Virus record (IMG/VR): IMGVR_UViG_3300042384_000288
Span: 47,108-111,107 of that record
From: a virus
Strand: one strand, 5' to 3'
Length of the DNA: 64,000 bases
Part shown: positions 10,096-20,689 of the stretch, piece by piece
Layout: every line of letters begins with the position of its first letter
Numbering within the stretch: the stretch's first letter is position 1
Position numbers and translations under genes: made by a program
Notes under the pieces: generated by a model
Database searches by the model: none
What the model was told of the DNA's origin: nothing
What the model saw: the letters and a program-made list of their open reading frames with translations, nothing else

Positions 10096-11246
10096 AAATA
10101 ACTGTGTGGGCACGCGACCCGTGGTGGGATCAATATTACTACGGACTATTTAAAGATATGGCTGAAATTATGCCCGACAATAGCGAGATGCATTATATTA
10201 TATACGATCCTATCTCACGTAATTTTGAAAAAATAAAAAAAACTACCTACACTGAAAAATTAGTAGGATTGATGATTATAGAAGAACTACAGTACGAATG
10301 TGACTACACTAGTAATCAATTCTCTCCCGCTGCGGCACACATTATCGATTTATGTAATTTAAATCCCAATACACAGTTTATTATATTTACGGAAATTGAA
10401 TATTTTAATAAAGAAGTTCCGGAGATCAGTAATCTCCGGATTGTGCCAGTGGGCACCGGCATAATGTTTGAGCATGCGCATCGTGATACAATAATCCCAG
10501 TAACTGAAAAGAATTTGTTATCTACTCAAACATTTGTGAGTTTAAATAGATCAGTTCGACCTAGTAGAGTTACATTACTAAGTTATCTATTAGGAACAAG
10601 CCTGGCGGACTGCGGATACCTTTCATTTAATTCAATGGATTTAATTAAAGATCATTCTTCTTGGTTGAGTTATTGTCCGTGGGGTATACCGGATAAATAC
10701 CGTCAGGAAATATTAGATGGTTTTGAATTATTAAAAGTTGGCCACGGGATTACCCAATCGATAACTGCTGTTGATAATCTCTATAATATACAGGCTTGCG
10801 ATAATGTTACTAATTTTAATGAATTTTTGCGAAGTATTTATAAAAATACATTTGTGGAAATTGTGTCAGAAACAACGTTTACTTTACCGGGTATATTAGT
10901 TACAGAAAAAACAAAAAATAGTATATACGGATATAACTTTCCTATTTTTGTTGCTGGAAAAGGCATAGTTAATCATTTAAAAAATGATCTTGGATTAGAT
11001 ATGTTTGACGATATTATTGATCATAGTTACGATACTATTGAAGATAATGTTACACGCATCACTACAGCTATAGATTCTAATAAACGACTGCTAACAGATT
11101 CTTCGTATATTAAGAGTTGCTGGCAAAATAATTTTGATAGATTTACTAGTAACGTACACATATTACGTACCCAAATTGAAAAATTTTATCGGCAACGAGC
11201 ATGGTCTAAATTAACTGATATATTGAGAGAATGTGGCTATAATTAA
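10092..11246 (+). CDS. Putative glycosyltransferase, (T/S)EK-PF family
   Basis: VSETTF...VTEKTKNSIYGYNFPIFV...FDDIIDHSYD. Confidence 0.45.
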   Translation: MKITVWARDPWWDQYYYGLFKDMAEIMPDNSEMHYIIYDPISRNFEKIKKTTYTEKLVGLMIIEELQYECDYTSNQFSPAAAHIIDLCNLNPNTQFIIFTEIEYFNKEVPEISNLRIVPVGTGIMFEHAHRDTIIPVTEKNLLSTQTFVSLNRSVRPSRVTLLSYLLGTSLADCGYLSFNSMDLIKDHSSWLSYCPWGIPDKYRQEILDGFELLKVGHGITQSITAVDNLYNIQACDNVTNFNEFLRSIYKNTFVEIVSETTFTLPGILVTEKTKNSIYGYNFPIFVAGKGIVNHLKNDLGLDMFDDIIDHSYDTIEDNVTRITTAIDSNKRLLTDSSYIKSCWQNNFDRFTSNVHILRTQIEKFYRQRAWSKLTDILRECGYN

Positions 11247-11255
11247 AATATATGT

Positions 11256-11284
11256 TTGACCAATATACCGTTAGAATATATACT
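11256..11284 (+). promoter_or_regulatory. Sigma70-type promoter for the radical-SAM array
   Basis: TTGACC-17 nt-TATACT in the intergenic gap. Confidence 0.55.
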
Positions 11285-11320
11285 TAGTAATGTGGGCTCC
11301 AAATAAACAAATATAATATT

Positions 11321-12712
11321 ATGATAAAAAGTAATTTCCTGACTGCTGCAGAAGAAATGAAGGACAAGTTAGGTCCTGCTCTCTGCTTGGCTAAGTGGCA
11401 ACAGGTAAGTCTACACTTGCCTACAGGACTTACTAACAGTTGCTATCACCCACCCTTACATGAGATCGACAGTGCTCCGTTGCTATTCAATCCCGGTGCG
11501 CTACATAATACTGATTACAAGAAACAACAGCGCAAACTCATGCTAGAGCAAACACGCCCGGCTGAATGCAGCTACTGCTGGAGTGCCGAAGATAACCAGC
11601 AACTAAGCGATAGACACTATCGTTCCGGTGAGCCGTGGGCGGCTGAACACTATGAAACGATAGTAAACGCACCATGGGACCAAGACGTTGTACCAAGTTA
11701 TGTTGAAGTAAACTTCAGTCATGGCTGTAACTTAGCTTGTTCATATTGCAGTCCGCAGTACAGTACAGAATGGGGCAAAGATATTGGCAGATGGGGAGCA
11801 TACCCAACTAGTACTCCGCACAATGCGCCCGAACACTTTCAAGGTCGACGTAAACCTATTCCAGTTCGTGAAGCTAATCCCTATGTAGAAGCATTTTGGC
11901 GTTGGTGGCCTGAATTATACCCTAAACTTAAACATTTCCGTATGACAGGTGGTGAACCACTTATGGATAAGAATACGCATCGTGTGTTTGATTATATACT
12001 TGCCTTGCCTAAGAGTGACCTGCACGTAGATGTTACTAGCAACTTCAGTGTTGAGCCTGAACTGTTTGACAAGTATCTAGACAAAGTAAAACAGCTATGT
12101 GAGGGTGAACGCATCGAACACTTTATGCAATATGTTAGCTTAGATACCGGACTTCCTGAACATGCAGAATATATACGCGATGGGCTATATTGGGATAGAG
12201 TCATGCGCTATACTAACGATTTCCTAGCAGTAGTGCCATACCGCAATAGCCTAACGTTTATTATTACAATGAACAATTTAAACATACTTGGACTAAAACT
12301 TTTATTGACACAGATATTAGAGATGCGTAACAAATACAGCACAACTTATCAACGTGTGTGGTTTGATACGCCACTATTACGTAGCCCAACCTATCAAAGT
12401 TTACAAATACTACCAGCAAGTTATGTTCGCATATTAGAAGATGTTGTTACATTTATGCGAGCAAATCAAGCAGATGAAACTGCTGATAACTTTGGGGGCT
12501 TTAAAGATTACGAAATACAACGTATGGAACGTAATGTAGATTGGATGAAACAAGGTTGCGAACTTGCCGCAGACTATGTTACAATACAAAGAGCAGACTT
12601 CTATAGATTTTTTAATGAATACGATAAACGCAGAGGGTTAAACTTTTTGGAAACATTTCCACAAATGAAAGAGTTTTGGCAGGAGTGCAAATACCATGCC
12701 GAAACTAACTAA
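11321..12712 (+). CDS. Radical SAM protein with N-terminal SPASM/twitch-like Cys domain
   Basis: CLAKW...SCYHP...CSYCW, then CNLACSYC and TGGEP. Confidence 0.85.
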   Translation: MIKSNFLTAAEEMKDKLGPALCLAKWQQVSLHLPTGLTNSCYHPPLHEIDSAPLLFNPGALHNTDYKKQQRKLMLEQTRPAECSYCWSAEDNQQLSDRHYRSGEPWAAEHYETIVNAPWDQDVVPSYVEVNFSHGCNLACSYCSPQYSTEWGKDIGRWGAYPTSTPHNAPEHFQGRRKPIPVREANPYVEAFWRWWPELYPKLKHFRMTGGEPLMDKNTHRVFDYILALPKSDLHVDVTSNFSVEPELFDKYLDKVKQLCEGERIEHFMQYVSLDTGLPEHAEYIRDGLYWDRVMRYTNDFLAVVPYRNSLTFIITMNNLNILGLKLLLTQILEMRNKYSTTYQRVWFDTPLLRSPTYQSLQILPASYVRILEDVVTFMRANQADETADNFGGFKDYEIQRMERNVDWMKQGCELAADYVTIQRADFYRFFNEYDKRRGLNFLETFPQMKEFWQECKYHAETN

Positions 12713-14072
12713 CGAAACAGATGTAGAATATAAGCGCAGAGTGATTGACATTAAGTCAGCGAGCTTCTGTGCGGCTAAATGGTATAACGCTACTATATGG
12801 TTAGGGTCGGGACAGACTACTAGCTGTCATCACCCATTGCCTCATGCTATTGACCTAGAAGCAATTAAAACTAATCCCAGTGCTATCCATAACACTCCGC
12901 AAAAGAAATTAGAGCGTAAACAGATGCAGGTGGGTGAACGTCCCAGTGGATGCGAATACTGCTGGAAGATTGAAGACATGTACAAGGATCCTAAATATAC
13001 CGGAGTTGATGTTGGCACTCCAATTAGTGATCGTGTATACAAAACAGTAATTTATGATGATAAGGATTTAGATCTTGCCTACAACACCGACTACCAAGAA
13101 GATGTTAATTTACAAACTTTGGAAATCGCATTCGACAGAACTTGTCAGCTTGCTTGTAGCTACTGTAACCCTGCTTTCAGTACCGCCTGGGTTAGAGATA
13201 TTAAACGCAATGGAGCCTATGAACACCTTGTATCTGACGGACGCAATCACTTTACTCACACTCACGATCATAGCCAACTGTTTACTATTGATCAAGTCAA
13301 TCCTTACGTTGAAGCATTCTTTAAGTGGTGGGAGTCAGACCTACACAAAACATTAAAAGAACTGCGTATCACCGGCGGCGAACCGCTTATGTCGGGGTAC
13401 ACATGGCGCCTAATAGAATGGTTCCAACAGAATAAAGGACAAAGCACCACACGTCTTGCTATCAACAGCAACTTGTGCTTTGAACAAGATAAGTTAGAGA
13501 GGTTATTAGATGCTACACAAGGTATCGAACTGGATTTGTACACTAGCAACGAAAGCTGGGGTCGCCACGCAATGTATATACGCGATGGTTTGGATTGGGA
13601 TCAGTGGGTTAATAATGTTATGTTCTTATTGGATAGCGGTAAGTTGCGTGGCCTACATGTTATGTGTACCATCAATGCTCTATGCTTATTAAGCATAACA
13701 GATCTACTATGGATGATTGTTAAATTTAAACGCAAATACGGTAAGGATAGTATTAACTTTAGCCTAAATATCCTACGTTTTCCTAGTTTTCAAAGCCCAC
13801 TAATATTACCGTTAGAATTGCGCAAACAGTTTGCCAAGGATCTAGGACAGTTTGGTACTGCGGCACACGAACATCTACATGAATATGAATTCAATCAATT
13901 ACAAAGATTAATTGAATACCTGAACACAGTAGACAGTCCACATAGCGGAGCATTATCACGTGAAATATTACAGCGTGACTTTAAGAACTTTTATCAGCAA
14001 TACGACCAACGCCGCGGTCTAGACTTTAAATATACATTTACACAATTAGCTAACTGGTACGATACACTATGA
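12696..14072 (+). CDS. Radical SAM protein with N-terminal SPASM/twitch-like Cys domain
   Basis: CAAKW...SCHHP...CEYCW, then CQLACSYC and TGGEP. Confidence 0.85.
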   Translation: MPKLTNETDVEYKRRVIDIKSASFCAAKWYNATIWLGSGQTTSCHHPLPHAIDLEAIKTNPSAIHNTPQKKLERKQMQVGERPSGCEYCWKIEDMYKDPKYTGVDVGTPISDRVYKTVIYDDKDLDLAYNTDYQEDVNLQTLEIAFDRTCQLACSYCNPAFSTAWVRDIKRNGAYEHLVSDGRNHFTHTHDHSQLFTIDQVNPYVEAFFKWWESDLHKTLKELRITGGEPLMSGYTWRLIEWFQQNKGQSTTRLAINSNLCFEQDKLERLLDATQGIELDLYTSNESWGRHAMYIRDGLDWDQWVNNVMFLLDSGKLRGLHVMCTINALCLLSITDLLWMIVKFKRKYGKDSINFSLNILRFPSFQSPLILPLELRKQFAKDLGQFGTAAHEHLHEYEFNQLQRLIEYLNTVDSPHSGALSREILQRDFKNFYQQYDQRRGLDFKYTFTQLANWYDTL

Positions 14073-16624
14073 GCGACGAGCCAAGCAAAAAATTAACAGT
14101 ACATCACAAAAATCACAATTACAATACTCGTAAACCTGTTTATATACACGAAGATGATTTAACCAAAGATCATACATATAAACTGATAGAAAGTAAACAC
14201 TTCTGCATGATACCGTGGACGCACATGCATGGTATTCCCGATGGTCGAGCATATCCCTGCTGTCTGGGTGAAATGCATTTGCCGATTGGTAATTTCAAAG
14301 ACAATACCATGAAGGAAGTATGGAATGGAACTCCGTACAAACAGATGCGTCTAAACATGTTAGAAGATAAACCCAGCAAAGAATGCACACGCTGTTACGA
14401 GCAAGAAGATAATGGATTCTTTAGTATGCGCAATAGCCAAAATAAAAACTTTGGTCATCATATTGCATTAACAGATAAAACCAATGCCGATGGAAGTTTA
14501 GATGACTTTAAACTACGCTACTATGATGTACGTTTCTCTAATCTATGTAACTTTAGTTGTCGTACCTGTGGTAGTTTGTTCAGCAGTAGTTGGTACGCAG
14601 AAGAAACTAAACTATTTGGTAAATTAAACCATCCTCAGATTATGTTTGCTGGTAAAAATAAAGATGACATGTGGGAACAGATGCAGGAACATATCCCATA
14701 CCTAGAACAGATTTACTTTGCCGGCGGTGAACCATTGATTATGGAAGAACACTATCGCATTCTCGAAGAATTAGTCAAACGTGAAATGTTCCATGTACGA
14801 TTGATCTATAATACAAACTTTAGTCACATACGTCTTAAAGATAAGATGGTGTTTGAATACTGGAAACTGTTTGATACAGTTTGTGTAGGTGCAAGTTTAG
14901 ATGACTCGTATCTCCGCGGAGAGTACATACGTAAAGGTACAGACTGGGCAGAAACAGTAGAAAACCGTCGCAAAATGATTGAAATTTGCCCCAATGTTGA
15001 CTTTTATGTTAGCAGTACAGTTAGTATACTCAATGCCTGGCATTTGACTGAATTCCATAAAGAATGGGTCGACCTTGGTTTGATTAGAGCAATGGATTGG
15101 AATGTAAATATTTTGCAAAGTCCAGAACGTGATCGAATTGATGTATTACCAATTCAATTTAAAGACAGAATTAAACAACGAGTTGAAGAACATATTGCCT
15201 GGCTAGCTCCAATAGATCAACTGCAACGGGCTACTTCTGGTTATAAAGCTATTATTACATTCATGTATCAAGATGATAAGAGTCACTTATTGGGAGAATT
15301 CTTTAAGATAAATGATCAAACTGATGAATTCCGTAGAGAAAAATTTGAAACGATATTTCCTGAATATCGAGAGTTGCGCAATCACTTAGGCATTAATAAA
15401 ACGCATGATAGTATTTGTATGTTGCCGTGGGTCAGTTTAGAAGCTAGCCCAGTGGGTACTGCTCGTCCGTGTTGTCTGGCTAAAGATGAAATTACCAAAC
15501 CCAACGGCACTCCGTATAAACTAAAAGAAAGTTCATTGGCAGAAATTTATAACAGTGAATATATGCAGAATCTTCGACAACAATTTCGACGCGGTGAAAA
15601 GCCTAGTACATGTAATCGTTGTTGGAGTGAAGAAGATGCCGGCATAGTTAGTAAACGTATCAACAGTAGAATTAGACTTAAAGAATTCTATCCTATCGTT
15701 GATTGGAAAAATGACACGCCAGATCAACTATGGTTTATTGATTTAAAACTAGGTAATATCTGTAATCTTAAATGTCGTATATGTGGATCATGGTCTAGTA
15801 GTAAATGGGCCAAAGAAGAAATTGATTACGAGTCTAGGAAATACAAAGAGGTACAAGGATACAATCGCAAACAACATAGTGCATACAAATTTCTACAAGA
15901 TGGCACATGGCCAAGAGAAAGCGAAGTATTTTGGGAAAATTTAAAAGAACTACTGCCCAATATCAAGTACTTTGAATTTACCGGTGGAGAACCATTCTTA
16001 ATTGAAGAACATTTTAAACTATTACGCTATGCAGTCGACCACGGGTACAGTAGTCGTATAGATATACACTATAATACCAATGGTACAGTATATCCGACAG
16101 ATGAAGAAGCTAGTCTATGGGGTAAATTTCGAAATGTTGAGATCGCTGTTAGCATAGATAATACCGAAGAACGATTTGAATATGAACGTTACGGTGCCAA
16201 CTGGAAAGAAGTAACAGTCAATGTAGTTAAATTTAATGCAATGAGAACTAATTTAATTAAAACACAAGTTTGTATGACTGTAAACATACAAAATGTTTAT
16301 TACTTGCCAGAATTGTGTGATTGGGTTAATACTCAATCTTTTGATATGGTGCATTTTAATATGTTACATGATCCCAATGTAATGTGTATTAATCGTATGA
16401 CTCCTGTTGCACAAAAATTAGTTATAGATAGATTAACCGTTTATCCGTTCAATGTCAAACATCGAGTAGAAATTGATAAAATAATTCAATTTATTGAAAA
16501 CGGCCAAGGCAGCGATGGTACAGAATTTGTACAGAAAATGCAACAGACTGATGTGTATCGTGAGCAGAGTATGTTAACTACACATAGAGAAATTGCACTA
16601 GCAATGGGCTATGTTGAAGCCTAG
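14069..16624 (+). CDS. Tandem double radical SAM protein (two SPASM-like + radical-SAM units)
   Basis: CMIPW..PCC..CTRC + CNFSCRTC + AGGEP, then CMLPW..PCC..CNRC + CNLKCRIC + TGGEP. Confidence 0.85.
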   Translation: MSDEPSKKLTVHHKNHNYNTRKPVYIHEDDLTKDHTYKLIESKHFCMIPWTHMHGIPDGRAYPCCLGEMHLPIGNFKDNTMKEVWNGTPYKQMRLNMLEDKPSKECTRCYEQEDNGFFSMRNSQNKNFGHHIALTDKTNADGSLDDFKLRYYDVRFSNLCNFSCRTCGSLFSSSWYAEETKLFGKLNHPQIMFAGKNKDDMWEQMQEHIPYLEQIYFAGGEPLIMEEHYRILEELVKREMFHVRLIYNTNFSHIRLKDKMVFEYWKLFDTVCVGASLDDSYLRGEYIRKGTDWAETVENRRKMIEICPNVDFYVSSTVSILNAWHLTEFHKEWVDLGLIRAMDWNVNILQSPERDRIDVLPIQFKDRIKQRVEEHIAWLAPIDQLQRATSGYKAIITFMYQDDKSHLLGEFFKINDQTDEFRREKFETIFPEYRELRNHLGINKTHDSICMLPWVSLEASPVGTARPCCLAKDEITKPNGTPYKLKESSLAEIYNSEYMQNLRQQFRRGEKPSTCNRCWSEEDAGIVSKRINSRIRLKEFYPIVDWKNDTPDQLWFIDLKLGNICNLKCRICGSWSSSKWAKEEIDYESRKYKEVQGYNRKQHSAYKFLQDGTWPRESEVFWENLKELLPNIKYFEFTGGEPFLIEEHFKLLRYAVDHGYSSRIDIHYNTNGTVYPTDEEASLWGKFRNVEIAVSIDNTEERFEYERYGANWKEVTVNVVKFNAMRTNLIKTQVCMTVNIQNVYYLPELCDWVNTQSFDMVHFNMLHDPNVMCINRMTPVAQKLVIDRLTVYPFNVKHRVEIDKIIQFIENGQGSDGTEFVQKMQQTDVYREQSMLTTHREIALAMGYVEA

Positions 16625-17897
16625 TACACTTTGTCTTGCGCCCTGGGTACATACATACCTAAGCCCTCAGACCGAACGACGTATGTGCTGTGCCAGTCGC
16701 GAACCTGCGCAAAATTTTGAACAATATATTGACGTCTCGGCGGGTACAGGGCGTTATATACCAATAACTCTGGATGAACACTGGAATAGCGAGCACATGC
16801 GGTCGGTCCGTCGTCGCATGATTGCTGGGGAAACCCTCCCAGAGTGTGAGGTATGTAATGATAAGCTGTTGAACACATCAGTTTACCGTAGTTATTTTGA
16901 TTCTATGTTCGGACATAAATATTTACAAGTAACAGACACAACAGATTCAACAGGTTACACAACTATGCGCCCTGTGAGTTGGGATTATAGATTTAGTAAC
17001 TTATGTAACTTTAAATGTCGTATGTGTGGTGATATGTTATCAAGTGCTTGGGAAACTGAGCAACGTCAACATAATATGATTAACTGGCATAACCCCAAGA
17101 ACAATTGGATGAAGCCAGAAGTAAAGCAAGAAATTACAGCATTTCAAGATAGTCAAATTGAACAGGAGTTTGCTCAAGCAGTCGAAGATCATCAAGTTGA
17201 AGAAGTATATTGGGTTGGCGGTGAGCCACTGATGTATGAACAACACTGGCGTTATATGAAACGCATTATTGATTTAGGAGATGGTCCGAATGCTTACGCA
17301 CGGTACAATACTAATCTTAGCCGCGTCAACTATCGCGGTGTCAATCTCTACACTGACATACTTTCTGGGCTACGCGACTGGCAAATCTGTGCCAGTATCG
17401 ACGGAACTGGAAGAATTGGAGAGTACATTAGAACAGGCCTTAATTACAATACATGGCTTGAAAACTTCCGTGAAGGAGTTAAAACAGCCACTCATCGTAG
17501 ACAAATGCGAATTGATTTCACCCTCACTCTGCCGGGATTGTTTGAAGTTAAACAAATCATGCAGCTTGCTTCAGAAGAAAACGTAGACATACTAGCTAAA
17601 GTTGTTTTCAGCTTTAGCCCAGACATTATCCTTAGTCCCCTTGCCCTACCTCGTCACTTACTACATCCGTGGTTAGATGAACTAATCCCGCAAACTTCTG
17701 GTGCCATGCAAGATATACTTGTGCAGTTAAAATCACGACCAACGTTCGATGAGCAATGGCCCGATACATATAAGAAAGAGCTTGACAAAGGTAAGCAACG
17801 TGTGTTACAATTAGAGAGTATACGTGGCGATACATATACGTTAGCAGACATATTAAAAGAGAGACCAGCTGTATATGAATGGTATCAATCAATCTAA
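16611..17897 (+). CDS. Radical SAM protein with N-terminal SPASM/twitch-like Cys domain
   Basis: CLAPW..MCC..CEVC, then CNFKCRMC and VGGEP. Confidence 0.85.
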   Translation: MLKPSTLCLAPWVHTYLSPQTERRMCCASREPAQNFEQYIDVSAGTGRYIPITLDEHWNSEHMRSVRRRMIAGETLPECEVCNDKLLNTSVYRSYFDSMFGHKYLQVTDTTDSTGYTTMRPVSWDYRFSNLCNFKCRMCGDMLSSAWETEQRQHNMINWHNPKNNWMKPEVKQEITAFQDSQIEQEFAQAVEDHQVEEVYWVGGEPLMYEQHWRYMKRIIDLGDGPNAYARYNTNLSRVNYRGVNLYTDILSGLRDWQICASIDGTGRIGEYIRTGLNYNTWLENFREGVKTATHRRQMRIDFTLTLPGLFEVKQIMQLASEENVDILAKVVFSFSPDIILSPLALPRHLLHPWLDELIPQTSGAMQDILVQLKSRPTFDEQWPDTYKKELDKGKQRVLQLESIRGDTYTLADILKERPAVYEWYQSI

Positions 17898-19029
17898 AAT
17901 AACCATAACTCTACGCAATCCATTGGATCACAACGATCTATTGGAATATCATATCATTCCTGATGATCACCAATTGGCTAAAGATTGGATAGTAGCATTA
18001 AAAAAAATACTTAACGATAAAAAATTGATAGAAAAGAATTTTTGTTTTTTAGGGTTTCCTTCAACATCTCGTAGTATAGACTATCTTTGCGATCAGCTAA
18101 ATCAAGCAGTGTGTCAAATTAACATGTTTAATCAATCTAATGTATGGCAAGCGGCTGGATTAAAATCTTATGTAATTGAAGAACATTTTTCTGCTGAAAC
18201 TGTTAGATTTAGTGACGCCTATACTATTAGTAAAGGCCCAGACAACTTAGGAATGCGCCTTAAACATTCAATAATGAATCGTATACACAACGATTTTGAA
18301 AGACTTCAAGGAACAGTTGATCATTTAAGTGACTATTATAGATTGGCTGATTACAATACCAAATATGCAATACGTCAATTAAATATTTTATGTCATGAAT
18401 TGGAAACGTTGGTTCTGTCTCAGCGAAAATTAATACAAAATCCAACTTGGGTGCGTCCAAGTCAAATAACAACATTTTTACATGCTGACCGTTATAGCTT
18501 AAGTAATCAACATCGAGAATTATTTAAACAAAATGGATACGATAGACAGTTTGGGCATGTTTATATGCATTGGGCACAAATTGGAAAAACTTTGTTTGAA
18601 GTATTTCGAGACGAGCATGCACCTAAACTAACTGATACTATCTGCGATGCTATTAATCATCTTCAATATTATAGTGGAGAATTTGACGTAGAATGGGCTA
18701 ATGATGTAATATACAACGACAAAAACACCCCATGGCACACTAAATTAATTGATGAATTTAATCAATGGTTAGAGGATAACGGGTTTGACCCAAATGATTC
18801 ACAACTAAGTTTAGGGCATCTGCACATAGGCGAAATTAACGTAAAGTCTGCATTTGGTACTACTTCTACAGACAAAGTTTGGGATATACTTAGTAATTAC
18901 CTTGATATATACCGTATAGAAGTAGATGGGGTTAGTAATCAATTTGATTATTGTTGGACTGACAGTGACTACAAGCAAAAGCAAATAGATATGATGAGGG
19001 AAGGGTATGACTATAGTAGTAGGGGGTGA
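17875..19029 (+). CDS. Hypothetical protein
   Basis: 384 aa ORF overlapping both neighbours; no motif recognised. Confidence 0.7.
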   Translation: MNGINQSKITITLRNPLDHNDLLEYHIIPDDHQLAKDWIVALKKILNDKKLIEKNFCFLGFPSTSRSIDYLCDQLNQAVCQINMFNQSNVWQAAGLKSYVIEEHFSAETVRFSDAYTISKGPDNLGMRLKHSIMNRIHNDFERLQGTVDHLSDYYRLADYNTKYAIRQLNILCHELETLVLSQRKLIQNPTWVRPSQITTFLHADRYSLSNQHRELFKQNGYDRQFGHVYMHWAQIGKTLFEVFRDEHAPKLTDTICDAINHLQYYSGEFDVEWANDVIYNDKNTPWHTKLIDEFNQWLEDNGFDPNDSQLSLGHLHIGEINVKSAFGTTSTDKVWDILSNYLDIYRIEVDGVSNQFDYCWTDSDYKQKQIDMMREGYDYSSRG

Positions 19030-19825
19030 TAGTTTTATTTGGGGCAGTGAACTTGCTGATAATATAGTAGAATTCAATGAAGAAACACAGGAATTAGTAC
19101 ACGAAATAGTCAGTCAAAGCACGTTTACAGCATTGTTAGCCAAAGATATGAATCAACAGTATGCGTGCGTGGCATATCCTGGATATGCCAATGGTGCAAT
19201 TCGTAGAACAGTTATGAATGCTTGTGAGCGCATACAAGATATAGATCTAGTGGTTGTTTGTTGGAGTTTTTTAAGCAGATACGAATTTCGATTTGTACAG
19301 GATACAGAAGAAAGATGGGGACATTGGTATAGCATAACTCCATGGTCTGCTATAGACGACATTAACACTATTAAAAAAGGTTTTAAATCAGATAATCCTA
19401 CTATTTTAGAACATCATGTTAATAATCTTAAGCGAGCTAAACGCACTGGGATATCTTCTTTCGCTAAATCATTTTATCAACACGTAGGCACCGCCTGTTA
19501 TTATGAATTATGGAGTAGCTATACAGAAATAGTGTTGTTGCAGCAATATCTACAATTAAAAGGGATACCATACATTTTTACCACTGTGGATGAAAGCCTA
19601 TTAGAACAGTACAAGAATTGGTCAGACGAGTCAATAAGTACATTGTATAATCAAATTGATCTTTCGCGGTGGGTCATGTTTCCCGGCAATCGTGGATTTT
19701 ATACCTGGGCCAGCGATGAAAATTATTTGTTCGGTACTACACACCCGTTAGAACAAGCTCATTATGATGCATACAAATATATTAAGGAGAAATATCATGA
19801 CATGGTTACGCCGTATTATAAATAG
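19007..19825 (+). CDS. SGNH/GDSL-fold protein (esterase or O-acyltransferase)
   Basis: N-terminal GGDSFIWG, G.AN block, C-terminal THPLEQAH. Confidence 0.65.
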   Translation: MTIVVGGDSFIWGSELADNIVEFNEETQELVHEIVSQSTFTALLAKDMNQQYACVAYPGYANGAIRRTVMNACERIQDIDLVVVCWSFLSRYEFRFVQDTEERWGHWYSITPWSAIDDINTIKKGFKSDNPTILEHHVNNLKRAKRTGISSFAKSFYQHVGTACYYELWSSYTEIVLLQQYLQLKGIPYIFTTVDESLLEQYKNWSDESISTLYNQIDLSRWVMFPGNRGFYTWASDENYLFGTTHPLEQAHYDAYKYIKEKYHDMVTPYYK

Positions 19826-19898
19826 AATCAAACTTGAAATTCAATATCGTAAAAAGTTAAAAGAACTACGCAAAAGAGATCCTTTCATTTACAAATAG
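19797..19898 (+). CDS. Small basic protein (33 aa), missing from the ORF track
   Basis: AAGGAG SD then MTWLRRIINRIKLEIQYRKKLKELRKRDPFIYK*; fills the gap to the ATG at 19900. Confidence 0.65.
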   Translation: MTWLRRIINRIKLEIQYRKKLKELRKRDPFIYK

Positions 19899-19899
19899 T

Positions 19900-20538
19900 A
19901 TGCGATTATTAACAGTCGGCGACAGCTTTACCTATGGCGAAGAGTTATCTGATGCAACCAAATCTTGGCCAAATGTACTGGGTCAATATTTAGGATATGA
20001 AGTTACAAACTTAGGCCAACCAGGCAGCGGCAATACACAAATAATTAGAAAAGTAGTAGAGAATATACACAATTACGATTTAATTATTATTGCTTGGAGT
20101 CATTATGCTAGAATAGAATTTGCAGATAAAAATGGAGTATTCGACATCTGGCCAGGAGCCAATTTGGCTGTACATAATTTTCTACCTTATAGAAAAGAAC
20201 TAGTTAATTATGTAACAAAATATTATAACGATTTATATTTTTATCAACAATATCTTGTTAATATTTTGCTACTGCAGGGATATCTAGTACAGCACAAACA
20301 ACAATACCTAATGGTTAATTCTTTTGGTAATAATTGGGATGATTTTAAAGACAAAAATAATATAACACAATTAGCTGAGCAAATTGACACTAATTATTTT
20401 TTAGGATGGCCCAATGACCAAATGGTTGAATGGACATACGGATGTGCCAAAGGACCCGGTGGGCATTTCTTAGAAGACGGGCACAGAAAGGTAGCGGAAA
20501 AAATCAATGAACATATTAGGTCTTTGGGATGGATTTAA
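19900..20538 (+). CDS. SGNH/GDSL-fold protein
   Basis: VGDSFTYG, NLGQPGSGN, GHFLEDGH. Confidence 0.7.
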   Translation: MRLLTVGDSFTYGEELSDATKSWPNVLGQYLGYEVTNLGQPGSGNTQIIRKVVENIHNYDLIIIAWSHYARIEFADKNGVFDIWPGANLAVHNFLPYRKELVNYVTKYYNDLYFYQQYLVNILLLQGYLVQHKQQYLMVNSFGNNWDDFKDKNNITQLAEQIDTNYFLGWPNDQMVEWTYGCAKGPGGHFLEDGHRKVAEKINEHIRSLGWI

Positions 20539-20689
20539 CACAGTATCCATTGTGATGTTCTTGTTTACCTTTAGCAACCTGATCACGCATTGCTGGTAAA
20601 CTTAGTTTGTGGGTTTTACAAAATTCTGCTAAATTATTGGTCTGCTCAATGTTATAATACCAATGGGTGTATTTGTTTGTTAAATACAT
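20516..20689 (-). pseudogene. Internally deleted homing-endonuclease relic (57 aa)
   Basis: MYLTNKYTHWYYNI matches the N-terminus of the HNH at 5691..6368 (MIFINNKYTNIYYNI) and is fused directly to a C-terminal helix-turn-helix-like tail (NNLAEFCKTHKL...QVAKGKQEHHNGY); no nuclease core. Confidence 0.7.
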
